Positions 13,183 to 27,651 of a stretch of 64,000 nucleotides of DNA are shown here, in pieces. The notes below the pieces were generated by a model that saw only the letters and a list, made by a program, of their open reading frames with translations, was not told the DNA's origin and made no database searches. The position numbers were made by a program, and so were the translations under genes. The stretch comes from Octopus vulgaris. Lineage: Eukaryota. The DNA is taken from positions 2,418,001 to 2,482,000 of the forward strand of contig OX597829.1 in NCBI GenBank assembly GCA_951406725.2, read 5' to 3'. The stretch's first letter is position 1; the number at the start of each line of letters is the position of its first letter.

Positions 13183-13394
13183 ATCCAAACATGAAAACAC
13201 AAAGAGAAAACACAACAACGCGAGGACGTGGAACAAATATAGTATTATTGGACGCTCAGGAAGGACGGGAAGAAGGAGGGTTCTACGTTTGAAGTGGAGC
13301 TCTTCGTCAGAAACATAGGAAAAGGAAATATCCAGAGAAGGGAAGACGGAGGAAAAAAATCGCCAACGGTACACACGCGGTCACATTTGTGGCC

Positions 13395-13602
13395 GTTTGC
13401 CAGCTCCGTCTGGCACCTGTGCGGGTGGCACGTAAAAAGCACCCACTACACTCACGGAGTGGTTGGCGTTAGGAAGGGCATCCAGCCGTAGAAACACTGC
13501 CAGATCAGACTGGGCCTGATGCAGCCTTCTGGCTTCACAGACCCCAGTTGAACCGTCCAACCCATGCTAGCATGGAAAGCGGACGCTAAATGATGATGAT
13601 GA

Positions 13603-13606
<4 letters not shown>
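13395..13606 (+). mobile_element. Family C repeat (3' UTR of the RTE LINE) with (ATG)n tail
   Basis: ggagtggttggcgttaggaagggcatccagc...gctagcatggaaagcggacgctaaatgatgatg. Other copies at about 14341-14650, 34724-35270, 44965-45485, 45780-46040, 47604-47845 and 48611-48903. Confidence 0.8.
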
Positions 13607-13639
<33 letters not shown>

Positions 13640-13763
13640 CAATAAGAGGCTTCCAAATAGGAAAGCCTTGTGCTAGAAAGAGCAGTAGAAAACTCAAAAC
13701 CACCAAATTCGTTTTTGTGCCAGGCCACTGGTAATAATAATTTCTTATTAACCTATTGTTATT

Positions 13764-13807
<44 letters not shown>

Positions 13808-15807
13808 GCAAAATGGGACAAGAACACAAAATATCCGGACAGCTAGATATATATATATGTATATAAATTCTACTACATATATATATATGAATGTGTGTAA
13901 GGTAGGTGAAATAAACAACAGATGCTTTGCCCCATGCAGAAAGAAACTGCAGGAACTATTTAACCTTTTTGTCACCGTATTTCTGAAAATGATAAGATTT
14001 AACAAAATACTTTTGCCTTTTATGAAGCTGGAGTTTGAAATGATTTTCATGAAAGGTTTTAATTTAAATCATTTTAAAGAATTCTATATCAGAGAACAGG
14101 GGAATCAGTCTTAGATGGATTGATATTAAAAGGTTTTAACCTTTTAATCATAGTAATAAAGCTCTTCCAATGGTGGTCAATGCTTTCCCAATGGTTGCTT
14201 GGAAACCATTCTGTATTTTCAGAAGATATCTCAGGCTCACAAGCATTTCACCTTTTAGCCATTCTCTTAGAGATTATGTTGGTCGTAATCCTTAAGCATT
14301 CAAATTGCTGTATCGAATGTAATGTTTATTTATTTGCAATCATCATCATCATCATTTAACGTCCGTTTTCCATGCTAGCACTGGTTGGACGGTTTGACCG
14401 GGGTCTGGGAAGCCAGAAGGCTGCACCAGGCTCCAGTTTTATCTGGCAATGTTTCTACAGCTGGATGCCTTTCCTAACGCCAACCACTCCGTGAGTGTAG
14501 TGGGTGTTTTTTACGTGCCACCTGCACAGGTGCCAGGGAGGGCTGGCAACGGCCACAATCAGTTGGTGCTTTTTACATTCCACTGGCACAGAAGCCAATC
14601 AAGGCGGCGCTGGCATCGGCCACGTTCGAATGGTGAAAGACCACGTTCGGTTTTGAATTAATCATGCCTTATCTCATTGCTCCAGATTTCAGTGAAGTGT
14701 TTGTTCTATTTTAGAATAACATTGTAGGGTGGATATGAAAGGCCAGATGTGGCTAGTTTGAGCATAAGACAAGTGGAATATTTGGGCCAGATTATGGTCT
14801 GTTTAAATGCTAAAGGATTAATGAAAACTATGTACAATGGTCTTGCAGGTTACAAGACTACCACAATTCAGCTGACATCATGACAAAATGCTTCCGGTAG
14901 ATTCTGTAAAGTGGGTGATCATAGGAAAGAGGTCCTGAACCATAGAGATTATGCCAAAATATAATATACAACTAAGATGTGGTTATCTAAGATGTCAATG
15001 AGTGCAGTAAATTTGAATTAAACATGAATCAAATCATGACTATCACTCCAACTCATGCCAGCATGTGAAAACAAACATAAAATGATGATAATGATATATA
15101 TAATTATATATATAGGTAGATTTTACGAAAAAAACAAAAGACGAAGACAGGTGGTGTACAAAACAAACAGATGTATTAGTATAACGCTCAGGAATAGAAA
15201 AAGTCTTTTATGTTTCGAGCCTACGCTCTTTGACAGAAAGGGACACAGAAAAAACAAGAAGAGAAAGAGAGAGAGGGAGATAAATTTGTTTATAGTGATT
15301 AAATGTTTGTGTATACAAAGCTCACTCCCTTCATCAAGTTGACATTACCTGTCCAGGTGCACAGCACATCACACGTCAGGTGACGAAGAGATTGCAGGGC
15401 AACATAAGATGAAGTGTTTTACTCAAGAACACAATGCAATGCCTGATCTGGAAATTGAAACCACAATCTCTCAATTGTGAGTACAATATCCTAACCACTA
15501 AGCCATGTGCCTTCACATATTGTGTTCTTGAGCAAGACACTTTATTTCAGCTTGCTCCAGCTGACTCAGCTGTAGAAATGAGTTTACGTCATCAGTACCA
15601 AGCTGTATCGGCCCCTTTGCCTTCCCCTTGGATAACATCAGTGGCATGGAGAGGGACAGCTGGTATGCATGGGTGACTGCTGGTCTTTCATAAACAAGCT
15701 TGCCCTGACTTATGCCTCAGAGAGAAACTTTCTATGAGCAATCGCATGGTCATCTCATGACTAAAAACGTTTTTACTCTTTATATATATATATATATTTA
15801 TGTATAA

Positions 15808-16177
15808 CTAGCACTATGACCTGGCAACGCCAGGTTATTGTGCTAGAGCATGCATATACAGCTGTGTGTGTGCACACATACACGCGAGTACTGTCCAAGT
15901 CTCTGACCAATCACATACAGCTAGCTGGCATTCAATTGGCGTATCAAGTTTCAGGCATTTTGATTGGGTTTTGGGTCGAAAATTCACAAAAAAGTCACTT
16001 CTATTGATTTTTTAATGGCTTTGCAGGGTGACTGGGGAAATGTAAAGATGTGCACGACCACCTTTGGATAGTTTTGAATGACCATAGAAAGTGCGAGCCC
16101 TCTAACTGAAAAATTGTGGATTTGTATAAAGGATACACACACACACACACACATTTTGCCGTTTATATATAGAGAGA
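15808..16177 (-). mobile_element. Non-autonomous Helitron
   Basis: Minus strand reads A|TCTCTCTATATATAAA...CTAG|T, with the subterminal hairpin acctggc-aac-gccaggt (15819-15835) 7 nt from CTAG. Confidence 0.75.
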
Positions 16178-17424
16178 TGCATAAGAGTGTGTGTGTTTAC
16201 ATATATATTTTAACAAGTACTTGTTTCATTATCCTGAGAAGGTTGAAGGACAAAGTGTGCCTCAATGGAACTATGGACTCAGAACATAAATTGCCATAAC
16301 TAAATAAAAGATTGATACCCTAACAATTATACCAATTCTCATAATGGTACCAAATTTTGGTACAAGGCCAAGTATTTTAAGGGAAAAGGGATTTATTGAT
16401 TTCATTGATCCCAGAGCTCAACTGGTACTTATTTTATTCATCCCAAAAGGATGAAAGTCCAAGTCAACGTCAGTAGAATGTGAGCTCTGGATGTAAGGCA
16501 TCTTGTTCAGCATGCTGATGTTTGTAGCAGCTCACTGCCTTTGTGGCAATCCTTAATAATGGTAATTATAATTAATCCTGGCAGAAAATAATTTATTTCT
16601 CATAGAAACACTGACCCTTTCCTTTGTTATTTTTTTTTTCCCCTTTTTTAGACAAGCATTAACATTGTGTCCATGACTCCTTTCTGGACCTCCACAATTG
16701 GAAGGAGAGAGAGGAAGGTATCCTCAAACTGGATGCTTGTAACAGAGTGGACTCTGCCAAAGACAATCCAAGGTGGAGGAGGAGGAGGGGGGATGTGGTA
16801 TTGGTGGTGGTGGTGGTGGTGGTGGTGGTGGAGGAGGCGGAGGAGGAGGAGGATGGTGGTGTTAAACTTGAGCATTGGAATAAGTTTAAAGATCAAGAAA
16901 TAGGAAAACCATAATTTGCAGCACAGGAGCAGAAACACAACCTATTACCTTAACGAGTGCTTTAGCAATGATTGAAAAAAGAAACATAGCTCCCGGCAAA
17001 ATATAAAGAAAGACTCAGAAACAGACACAACAAAGAGAAAATAGCAATGTAAGACATCATACACACTGTCAGATTAACCCTTTCATGACCAACCCGGCTG
17101 AAACCGGCTCTGGCCTTGTAGTACAAATGTCTTGTTTTCATAAGTTTTCAATTAAAATCTTCCACCAAACCTTAGTCACAATTTACGTTCCTAACACTAG
17201 CTGAATGATAACTAAGTTATTTTACTAAATTCTTTGTTATATTTTAAGACAATTGAAAGAAACTCAGAGCATCTCAAAATAGATGGAGTAACGAAAGGGC
17301 TGCTGACCTAACAGCAAGAGTTGTGTATATTATGTGCCAAGTGTTTTAAAGCTTCTCCACAAACTGCTTTGAAACCTTCAATTTTTATGAGCTTCTTGGT
17401 GTTTAAGATTGATCTAGTATATGT

Positions 17425-17750
17425 GAAGACATGTGGCTCAGTGGTTAGAGCATCAAGCTCACAATCATGTAGTAGTGAGTTCAATTCTCAGACCAGGCTG
17501 TGTGTTGTGTTCTTGAGCAAGACACTTTATTTCGTGTTGCTCCAATTCACTCAGCTGTAGAAATGAGTTGCAACGTCACAGGTGCCAAGCTGTGTCGGCC
17601 CCTTTGCCTTTCCCATGGATAACATCAGTGGCATGGAGAGAGGAGGCTGGTATGCATGGGTGCCTGCTGGTCTTCCATAAACAATCATGCCTGGATTTGT
17701 GCCTTGGAGGGGAACTTTCTAGGTGCAATCTCATAATCATTCATCACTGA
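17425..17750 (+). mobile_element. tRNA-derived SINE (family E)
   Basis: A-box tggctcagtgg, B-box-like gagttcaattc, then gtgttcttgagcaagacac. A partial copy lies at about 15520-15770. Confidence 0.7.
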
Positions 17751-17929
17751 AGGGGGGGGGGGGGGGTTATAGTATATGGAATACTCTAAGAACCATTAAA
17801 CTTTAATTCTTTAATTACAATATTTCTGATGAAATATGCTGCCAAAATGGGGTTCCTTCAAAAGGATCTTTCGGGGTAATGCTGCTATTTGACAGGGTAC
17901 AAGCCTGAAGATTGAGGAGTCTTTTCAGA

Positions 17930-18185
17930 TTGAACTACTTCTTCTCTGCATTGATGATAGCTCACAGAATGTTGCAGGAAAGGATCACAAGACAGATTCT
18001 TCAAGCTGAGTCAACAGGCAGGAGATTGAGGAATGGACCGAGAATGATGTGGCTGGATAATATCCATTGTCACAGCTGGTCACACTTGGGAACCCAGCTG
18101 TAAAGTTTAATGATCGCTGCTTTTAATAGAACCCTATGGAGGAGGTGCATCAGGACTCTTTCCCCACAACCCTCCCAGAAATATT
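17930..18185 (+). mobile_element. Old LINE C-terminal fragment
   Basis: RMLQERITRQILQAESTGRRLRNGPRMMWLDNI resembles the GxRxRGRPxxRWxD C-terminal motif of RTE-like ORFs. Confidence 0.55.
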
Positions 18186-19231
18186 GGGACTAAGTTAAAT
18201 GCCTACAAGTTACCAATTCCAGTTCGGGGATTCTAGACATACTCTGTTTCTAAGGTACTTTATACTTGCTCTATTACAACACTACTGTACACATACTCTG
18301 TTATTATAGTACTATTCAGATCCTTCAACTATTAAGAAATACCGAACACACAGCCATTCTTAATAGTTGAAAGATCCAAGATAGAGATCATGTTGATCCC
18401 ACAAGATACTAAATTCTGTAGAAGCAATTCTGCTTATGTTTCATCACTATTTCTGATACAATTATTCTTGTAGTATACACAAACTTTATTACTATGATTC
18501 TATACACTGCTTTCAACTATTAAGAATGGCTGCATGTTTAAGGTTGATCTGATAGTTGGAATACCTCTGAGACCAAAAATATTTTATATGAAACAAATTA
18601 AATTAAACAGCAACAGCAAAAAGACAGATTTACTTTTTTTTTGCCATATGTCAGCTGCTAATTAATAGATCTGCCATTCTGTATCTCTATTTCAATGCAT
18701 TAAATTTGTCATATAATAATTGGCCTTAATCATTACTCTGGTCTCATAAATAAAATCGGTTGAATGAATCAGGTTATTACTAATGCATTACAGACACTAG
18801 AATGGTAAGCATCCTCATTAAAACAAATCAGAATTTTTCTTTTTGCCATTGTATATAATTTCAATTTTAATGCTATATTTTAAGCAAAACTATTGTACAA
18901 ATAATTTTGAATTTTGTTATATATTGGGAAAAAAAATCATAATTATAGACTTTATCAGTTATGACTTACCAAATATAATAATATTGTTTTCAACACATAA
19001 TTTCAGTTCAAAATTCTTGCAAAACAAAAAAAAAGTTTAAAATTTATATTTTCAATGTTACACCATAAAACACAAGAGAATATTTAACTTAGTTGCTTAA
19101 ATAACAATGATATGTATTAGTGACTTTGAAGTATTTCATCTTGGCACTCTTTTAGGTTTGGTATAAAATGAGAAATCAGGATATACAGAGGACGGATGCA
19201 GCCATTCAACTTTGACATTTTACTGCATCTT

Positions 19232-19631
19232 ATTTCTTTATTACCCACAAGGGGCTAAACACAGAGAGGACAAAGGGATTAAATCGATTACATCAACCCC
19301 AGTGCATAACTGGTACTTAATTTATTGACCCCTAAAGGATGAAAGGCAAAGTCGACCTCGGCAGAATTTGAACTCAGAACGTAACGGCAGACGAAATACC
19401 TATTTCTTTACTACCTACAAGGGGCTAAACATAGAGGGGACAAAGAATGGCAGACAAAGGGATTAAGTCGATTACATTGACCCCAGTGTGTAACTAGTAC
19501 TTAATTTATCGACCCCTAAAGGATGAAAGGCAAAGTCGATCTCGGCGGAATTTGAACTCAGAACATAACGGCAGACGAAATATGGCTATGCATTTCGCCC
19601 GGCGTGCTAACGTTTCTGCCAGCTCGCCGCC
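19232..19631 (-). mobile_element. SINE family B dimer with 13-bp TSD
   Basis: tttactgcatctt at 19219-19231 and 19632-19644. Full head ggcggcgagctggcagaaacg. Confidence 0.85.
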
Positions 19632-21384
19632 TTTACTGCATCTTGGCTACCAACTTTCAGTAAAATCTTTCAAAATATGCCTTTTGATTTTGGATTTGTT
19701 TGCAAGAATTTAGATTGAATTCTTTATATTTGCAAAGGCTCACAATTAATAAAGCCTATAAACACACATACACTCTAGTTGTTATTTGTTTATATTTCAC
19801 TCCTCTTTCTTTGTGAAAAATAGCGAATGCTAGTCTATGTTCCCCCAAGAATATTTTTCATGAAAACTAATTTTTTGGAACATAAACAAACATCAACAGT
19901 TTAGGGGGTGGGGAAGAGAAGACAACTAATAATCTGTGTATGTGTTTACAGGTTTTATCAGTTGTGACCATCCCAAATATAACAATATTTCTATATGTCA
20001 CAAGCACATTTGCAGAAATGTTAACACTTTTGATGCCAAAGTATCTGAGACTACCCCTGCATTTTGAGACAAGCTTCTGGTTTTAACCCTTTCATTACTG
20101 TATTTCTGTTGAGATGCTCTGTGTTTCTTTCAATTACTTTAAATATAACAAAGAATTTAGTAAAATAACTTACTTATCATTAAGCTAGTGTTAGGAACCT
20201 AAATTAAAGTTTGGTGAAAGATTTTAATTCAAAACTTGTGAAAACAAAACATTTGTACACAGAGTCAGAGCCGGTTTCAGTCGGGTTGTAACAAAATGGT
20301 TAAAGTGATCTAAATTGAAACTTTCCAACATAATTCCATGCTAATTTACTTTCCAAACTTCAGTTTCATAATAGAAAACTTTATTTTATTTCGTTGTGTT
20401 TAGGAAGGGTCATTTTGCTAATATTATCAAACACATTGGTTCAATACTATTTTGTTATTACTCGTCAGTTGGTAAAAATATCTATCCAACTAACTAACCG
20501 ATCATTTGTTTAACTTGTTGGTTAAATTCTTAACTTGTAATTAAATTCTTCATTCTATTGTGTCTGGGGAGAGTCATTTTCTTTTTGTGTCTTATTATGT
20601 AACACACTCACCAAGTTTTCTTATTTTTATTTTCCTAAAATTTTACTGGTGAGTGTGTTACATAATAAGACAAAAAGAAAATGACTCTCCCCAGACACAA
20701 TAAAATATGCTTCAACACACAAACTCATATAAAGAATCTTGCAAACCAAATCCAAAAACGAAAAATTCTTTATTATTTTCAAAGTAAAATAAAGGTGGTG
20801 CTTTTCAACAGAAACATGATTATAAAAGAATCAATAACAATAAATGGCAGAACCCTATTATTCATTTTGGTTACTGCTATTTCTCCAGGCTAGTTCGTCT
20901 ATACACACACTAGCTCATCTATATACACTCATTCCCTATGGTTTTCTGTCCTTTACTTGTTTCAGACATGAAACCACGGCCTTGCTGGAGCACTGTATTG
21001 AAGTGTCTTGTCAAAACAGATTGCTCTCAGTAATGTGTTCTTTTGTTTTTGTTTTTTTAACTTGGTACTTATTCTATCAGGCTCTTTTGCCAAATCACTA
21101 AGTGATAGGATGTAAACAAACCAACACCAGTCGTCAAGTGTTGGGAGGGCCAAACACAAACGCACACACTTATGTAGACATGTTTTGCACAGTTTTGCAT
21201 CTATTAAATTCACTCAGAGGGTCCTGAGGCTGTAGTGGAAGACACCACACAGTGGGACTGAACCTGAAACTATGTGGTGTCAAAGTGAGCTTTGTAAACC
21301 CACACACCCATTTAAGGAGTCTCTTAACAAGTTATTGAAAATGCAAACAAACTGCTTCTGTACCATGCATCTCTTTACTCTCCC

Positions 21385-21750
21385 TTTTACTCTTTTACTT
21401 GTTTCAGTCATTTGACTGTGGCCATGCTGGAGCACCGCCTTTAGTCGAGCAAATCGACCCCAGGACTTATTCTTTGTAAGCATAGTACTTGTTCTATCGG
21501 TCTCTTTTGCCAAACCGCTAAGTTACAGGGACGTAAACACACCAGCATCAGTTGTCAAGCGATGTTGGGGGGACAAACACAGACACACAAACACACACAC
21601 ACATATACATATATACGACAGGCTTCTTTCAGTTTCTGTCTTGGTCAGCCCAAGGCTATAGTAGAAGACACTTGCCCAAGGTGCCACACAATGGGACTGA
21701 ACCTGGAACTATGTGGTTGGTAAGCAAGCTACTTACCATACAGCCACTCC
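21385..21750 (-). mobile_element. SINE family A (tRNA head, internal CA/TA tract)
   Basis: Minus-strand head ggagtggctgtatggtaagtagc...ggttcagtccca, tail tgaaacaagtaaaagag. Other copies at about 23922-24320, 39973-40365, 41549-41945, 42310-42685, 47375-48180 and 53128-53498. Confidence 0.85.
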
Positions 21751-24598
21751 TGTGCCTATCTATTAACAAAAATTTTAAAGTAACAAATATTTTGCTTGTT
21801 AAGCTCAGTTAAATTAGTTAATTAATCAAACATATCAAATAATATAGAAATTATTTCCAATTAATATAATTTCTAAGAGTAAAATTATATTATTGATTTT
21901 AAAACAGAGAAAAATCTGTATTGAACATGCGAACTCAAAGTATTTTATTTTTGTTACGTCCTGGGTTTCATACAGCACAATAATTTTGAAGGGGTTTACA
22001 ACACTAACACCTGCTTTAGCAGGGAAAATCTTCATCATTTAATGTCTATTTTCCAAGCTGGTATGGGCTGGACAGTGTGACCAAAGCTTGTAAGGCCGGG
22101 GAGCAGCCCAAGTCTCCATTGTCTGTGCCGGCATGGTTTCTATGGTTGGATACCCTCCCTAATGCCAACCACTCTGCTGAGTGTACTGAGTTTTTTTTTT
22201 TTTTTTTTGCTTCTTTTTTATGTGATACCAACACTAGTATCAACTCTGCTGTGGTGGATGAGCCTTCTTGAGTACAGCAGGGCACCACATATCTTGGTCC
22301 TTTCTCATCTCCTTCATCTTGATATCAGCCTTCAATACTTCATCCCCATGTCTTCCTGGCTCTCCCTCTTCCACAAGTTCCAGGTCTTAAAATATCCAAA
22401 GAGAAGGCTTAGCTGAATCCCATGAAACATTGGCATCTATGTAAGGAATACTACTGCACTTGATCATTTTACAGCCATGAAATATTCCTACTTAAATACT
22501 CAGACACACACGTGTGTGTATAAGCATAGCCGTGGCTGTGTCATTGAGAAGCTTTCTTTGCAAACATTGTCTTGGGTTCAGTCCCACACCACAGCACCTT
22601 GGGCAAGTGTCTAAACTGTAGTTCCAGACCAACCAAAGCTTCGTAAGCTTGCAAGTGTATTTGGTAGATGGAAACTGATAAATGATATATATACAAATAT
22701 ATATCATCATCATCATCATCATTTAAAGTCTGTTTCCCATGCTGGCATGGGTTGGACAGTTTGAAAGGAGCTAGCAAGCTGGGGAGCCCCAGTTGTCTTT
22801 ATTGGCATTGTTTCTACAGCCTGATACCCTTTCTAACACTAACCACTTTACAGAGTGGAATGGGTGCATTTTACATGACACAGACATGAGTGCCACATAA
22901 AAAACACCCAGATGTGTGTGTATTTAAAGACAAACAGATAGATACAAGCATAGCAATGTGGTGAAAAGTTTATTTCACAAACACATGGGTTGGACATTGA
23001 ACAAGTGTCTTCTGCAAAAGCTCCAACTAATCCAAGGCTTTACCCATGTGTGTGTATATGTGGGTATGTATGTCAGTGCATGTGTATGACACTGGGAAAT
23101 AAACTAGTGTTGGTTTATCAATCTACTCATTGACTTAGCAGTTAGAAACTGACAAAATAAGTACCAGAATTAAAACATGAACTGCAGTTGATTTGATTGA
23201 CAAAATCCTTCAGGGTGATGCTCCAGCAAGGCCACAGTCTAATGACTGAAACAAGTAAAATAATAAAAGTACACACACACACACATACTGGTTTACAACA
23301 TGCCAAATTACAGGTGCAAGGATAAGTCTGCTGCCACCACTATCATGCCATCAAGCTGAAAAATAGAATTCTTGACTTTGAAGAATTTAGAAGAAATTCT
23401 TGAGACTGATAAACTAAATGTTTTAAAATCTATCCAAAGAAATATTTAAGCAGCAGTATAGATCAGTTGAACTAAAAGCTGGTATAAATATAGAAATTCT
23501 TGTCATTTGAGATATCTGGCCAACATCTGGTCTTTGAATAAGCACAATTTTTTAATTATATAAATTTCACTATGTCTATCAACATTCAACCATTCAAAAT
23601 TGTTACCAAATTCCAAACTGGGTTGAAGTGCAACAGATCTTACTTATGGGTCACTACATTCTAAAGATCTAAAATATTTGGCATGTTGGTAGGTGGGGGT
23701 GGGCAGAGAGGAGAGGAGCAGGGTTCATAACTACTATATTGAAGTTTTAAGAAGTTTGAATTTGGAAGCTATTTTTATTTATATATTTTCTTTCACTTGT
23801 TTCATTTAGAGAAGAAATAAATGAACATCTTTGCATTGTTCTTGCAATAGACTTTCCGTTACCATATTCCTGCTGAAATGCACTGTCATTGTTTCAATTA
23901 ATTTTGAATATACTCTCTCTCTCTCTTTTTACTCTTTTACTTGTTTCAGTCATTTGATTGTGGCCATGCTGGAGCACCGCCTTTTAGTCGAGCAAATCGA
24001 CCCCAGGACTTATTCTTTGTAAGCCTAGTACTTATTCTATTGGTCTCTTTTGCCAAACCACTAAGTTACAGTGACGTAAACACACCAGCATCAGTCATCA
24101 AGCGATGTTGGTGTGGAAAACACAGACACACAAACATACACACACACACATATATATATATATACGACGGGCTTCTTTCAGTTCCCGTCTACCAAATCCA
24201 CTCACAAGGCTTTGGTCGGCCCGAGGCTATAGTAGAAGACACTTGCCCAAAGTGCCATACAGTGGGACTGAACCCGGAACCATGTGGTTGGTAAAAAAGC
24301 TACTTACCACACAGCCACTCGTATGCCTGAAGAATTTAGTAAAATAACTTCATCATTATTAGACAAGTGTTCGGATCATAAGCTAACATGAAATTTTAAT
24401 GGTAAGCTTTAATTTAGATCACACTAATCCTTTTGTTACCATATTTCTTTTGAAATGCATTTCTTTTGTTTCAATTCTAAAAATAACGAAGAATTAAGTA
24501 AAATAATTACACAGATGTACTTGCATAGCAAGTGACCTGATCTGAGATCGTGTGCCGGAACGAAAACAATTGCAGTGTGGAAGGTGTTTATAAGCCAT

Positions 24599-24804
24599 TT
24601 AAGAAACACACAAAAACCGTTAGATTCACTTCAACATTTAAACTTAATTTGTCGAAATATTTTCGTCGCTTTCAGACCGCGACCTCAGAGATGCAGCACG
24701 AAGTTTTGTCAGTGAACAGGTAGCGGTCTCAAAGCAACAAAAATATTTTGACAAATTAAGTTTAAATGTTGAAGTGAATCTAACGGTTTTTGTGTGTTTC
24801 TTAA
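24599..24804. repeat. Inverted repeat (PLE pLTR-like remnant) with variant hammerhead motif
   Basis: Arms ttaagaaacacacaaaaaccgttag... and ...ctaacggtttttgtgtgtttcttaa, about 87 bp each. Confidence 0.75.
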
Positions 24805-26252
24805 GTAAAATAACTTTGCCATTATTCATCTAGTGTTTGGAACATAAATTAATAAGAAATTTCAAAACAGGATCATTGGTTCATAGAACTAAGGGCGTTT
24901 TCGGACAGGTTGTTATCAAAATTGCTATGGAGACAACTAATCTTTATAAGCATCAACTGATGCATGCTACCATTTCTTATTCATGACTTTTGCAGAAAGT
25001 AACAGTCTGACGTTCAGATTTAGAGAATATATACAAAAAGGAAAATAAAAAAGATGGTAGTACCATATTAATTTGTGTGTAACATGCAGGAAGTAGATGA
25101 CAAAGAATCTCTATGAGTTGTGACATATGGTCTTCATGAAGACCTGTACTTGTGCAAATATGGTAAAACAGTCATTCAAGTATATGATACAGGTTGTGAC
25201 ATGTGATGTGTCAACATTTAGATCTCCCGCTCTTTATGCTACATTCCTGTTACATTTCCATCTATTGACCCCTTAATCTATTACACACACTCTCTCCTGA
25301 TCACTGCAGCACACCACATACGCAACAAGAGATGGTACAATCTCCTCCATTATCCTGTATCACCCTACCGCTCCGCTATCATTCCACCAGTGTAATGAGG
25401 GATGTAATCGGAAGTATACCATTCATATTCAATAACTTTTTTTTACTACTATCATTTTCTCTCCTTTATATCACCCTTAAAGTGAAACACACAACTCTCT
25501 CTCACACATTATTCATCTTTACTGCAATCCATCACCTCCTCTCACTCTTTCTCTCTCACACACACATTATCTTTTTTTTTTTTGCCCACAAGGGGCTAAA
25601 CACAGAGGAGACAAACAAGGACAGACAAAGGGATTAAGTTGATTACATTGACCCCAGTGCGTATCTGGTGCTTAATTTATCGACACCGAAAAGATGAAAG
25701 GCAAAGTCGACCTTGGTGGAATTTGAACTTAGAACGTAGAAACAGACGAAATACCGCTAAGCATTTTGCCCAGCAGGCTAACGTTTCTGCCAGCTCGCCA
25801 CACACACACACACACACATTATCTCCATTCAAGTTTATCTTTACTGGGATTGATGACTAAACTCAATACTGACTCCCACTTCCATTAATCCTGACATGAA
25901 GTACAAAGTACTGAAAAAGGATCTCAGGACACTGAACCTTTCAGGTGAAACAACAAAGAACTGAGGTGCTTGGTGCCTTGCTGTACTCAAGAAAACACAC
26001 ACTCCACAGCACAAGTGTTAAGTCCGTTCCCCCTGATGGGGAGGATTAACCTGCAAGAGTCCTGCACTGGTGTCATATAAAAGTGCCCCCGCAGTGCCAT
26101 GTAGATGCACCTGTACAGTGCCACGTAGATGCACCCAGTACACTCTGCCATATATCCTGCCATAGAAACCATGCCAAATCAGACTGGTGTCTGGTACAGC
26201 TCTTCAGCTAGCCAGCTCTGGTCAAACCACCCAACTCATGCCAGCATGGGCA

Positions 26253-26648
26253 TGGAGGCACAATGGCCCAGTGGTTAGGGCAGCGGACTCGCGGTCAGAG
26301 GTTTGTAGTTTCAATTCCCAGAGTGGACGTTGTGTGTGTTTATTAAGCGAAACCACCTAAAAGCTCCACGAGTCTCCAGCAGGTGGTGGTGGCGACCCTT
26401 GTTGTACTCTTTCGCCCCAACTTTCTCTCACTCTTTTTTCCTGTTTCTTGTCCCCGACTTCCTACGCAACCGCTGAGCTTCGATGCGCATTCATCCATCC
26501 GTCGATGCTCTCGGTGTCCGGGGGTTGACCTGCTTTCTCTTCTGCGGGTCTTACGAATAGCAAAAGGACCACGTTTCGGACTTCTCCCACTACAGACAAT
26601 CCTGATGCACGATCTTGCAAGCTCTGGGACGAAAACTGCTTCACTCAA
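26253..26648 (+). mobile_element. tRNA-derived SINE (family D) with 30-bp TSD
   Basis: A-box tggcccagtgg. TSD caaaccacccaactcatgccagcatgggca at 26223-26252 and 26649-26678. Related copies at 34123-34410 (-) and about 44730-44970. Confidence 0.8.
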
Positions 26649-27651
26649 CAAACCACCCAACTCATGCCAGCATGGGCAATAGATGTTAAATGATAATGAT
26701 GATGATTCATTACTTCCTCCTGGCAATATTTTTGCTTGTTTTGTACTGCTGCCCCCCCCCCCCCCCAACATCATGCTGACATTCTCTCTTCTGCTTATAG
26801 ATCCAGTCGTATTGTCTTGAATAAATGGAAGCAACAGAGAAGACATGTCTCCAGTGTTGATGCCATAATAAAATGCAGTATCAAGGACATGCTGAAAAGT
26901 AGTTGGCAAATAAATAGAGATTATATATTAAGTAGCAGGGACTTAGATTTTTGTGTTAAGACACGAGGGAGTAGAGGAGGAGGAGGAGACGACCACAAGA
27001 TTTTATACACGTGAATCTTCATTTCCGTTTATTGGGGAAAAAGTGAGAACATGAAATAAATTATTCAGTGAGATAAACAGAAATTGTTTTATGATGTATA
27101 TGACAGAAGCTGGAATTTATTTATTTCCAGAATATTTTTTTACTGCTACTACTACCGCCACCAGCACCAGCACCACCACCACCACCACCACTATCCTTAT
27201 TATTATAAGGTAAGGTAATCAACTCATCCCCTTCCCCTAAAATTGCTGCCCTTGTAACAAAACCTGAAACCATTATTATCATCATCATCATCAATATTAA
27301 TATGCAAACTTTTTGTTTTTGTATGTACCTGTTGCGTGTGTCACTTACTTCAAAGTGGCAAAGCGAGAGAAAAGAGGACAGAGATGAGGTAAGCAAGAGA
27401 GTGAGAGTGAAAGAGAGTGAAAGAGACAGTGAGTTTTGTGATTTTAAATGTTTATCACATCGTAAGAGAAGTAGATACATAGTTACAAGTACACAGTGTT
27501 AAATCAAAAGCAGGAGAGAAGTGGAAACACAAAGGATGTGAAAGAGAAAGAGAGACAGCAGATATATAAACCCAAAGGTAAGTCCATAGATACATAGACA
27601 CAACAAATATTGGCTGTCAGTTTCACTTTTCATTACCACACGAGGATAAAA

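Noticed and set aside
26343-26909. 188-aa minus-strand ORF
   Set aside because: It runs across SINE D and family C repeats and has no protein-like features.
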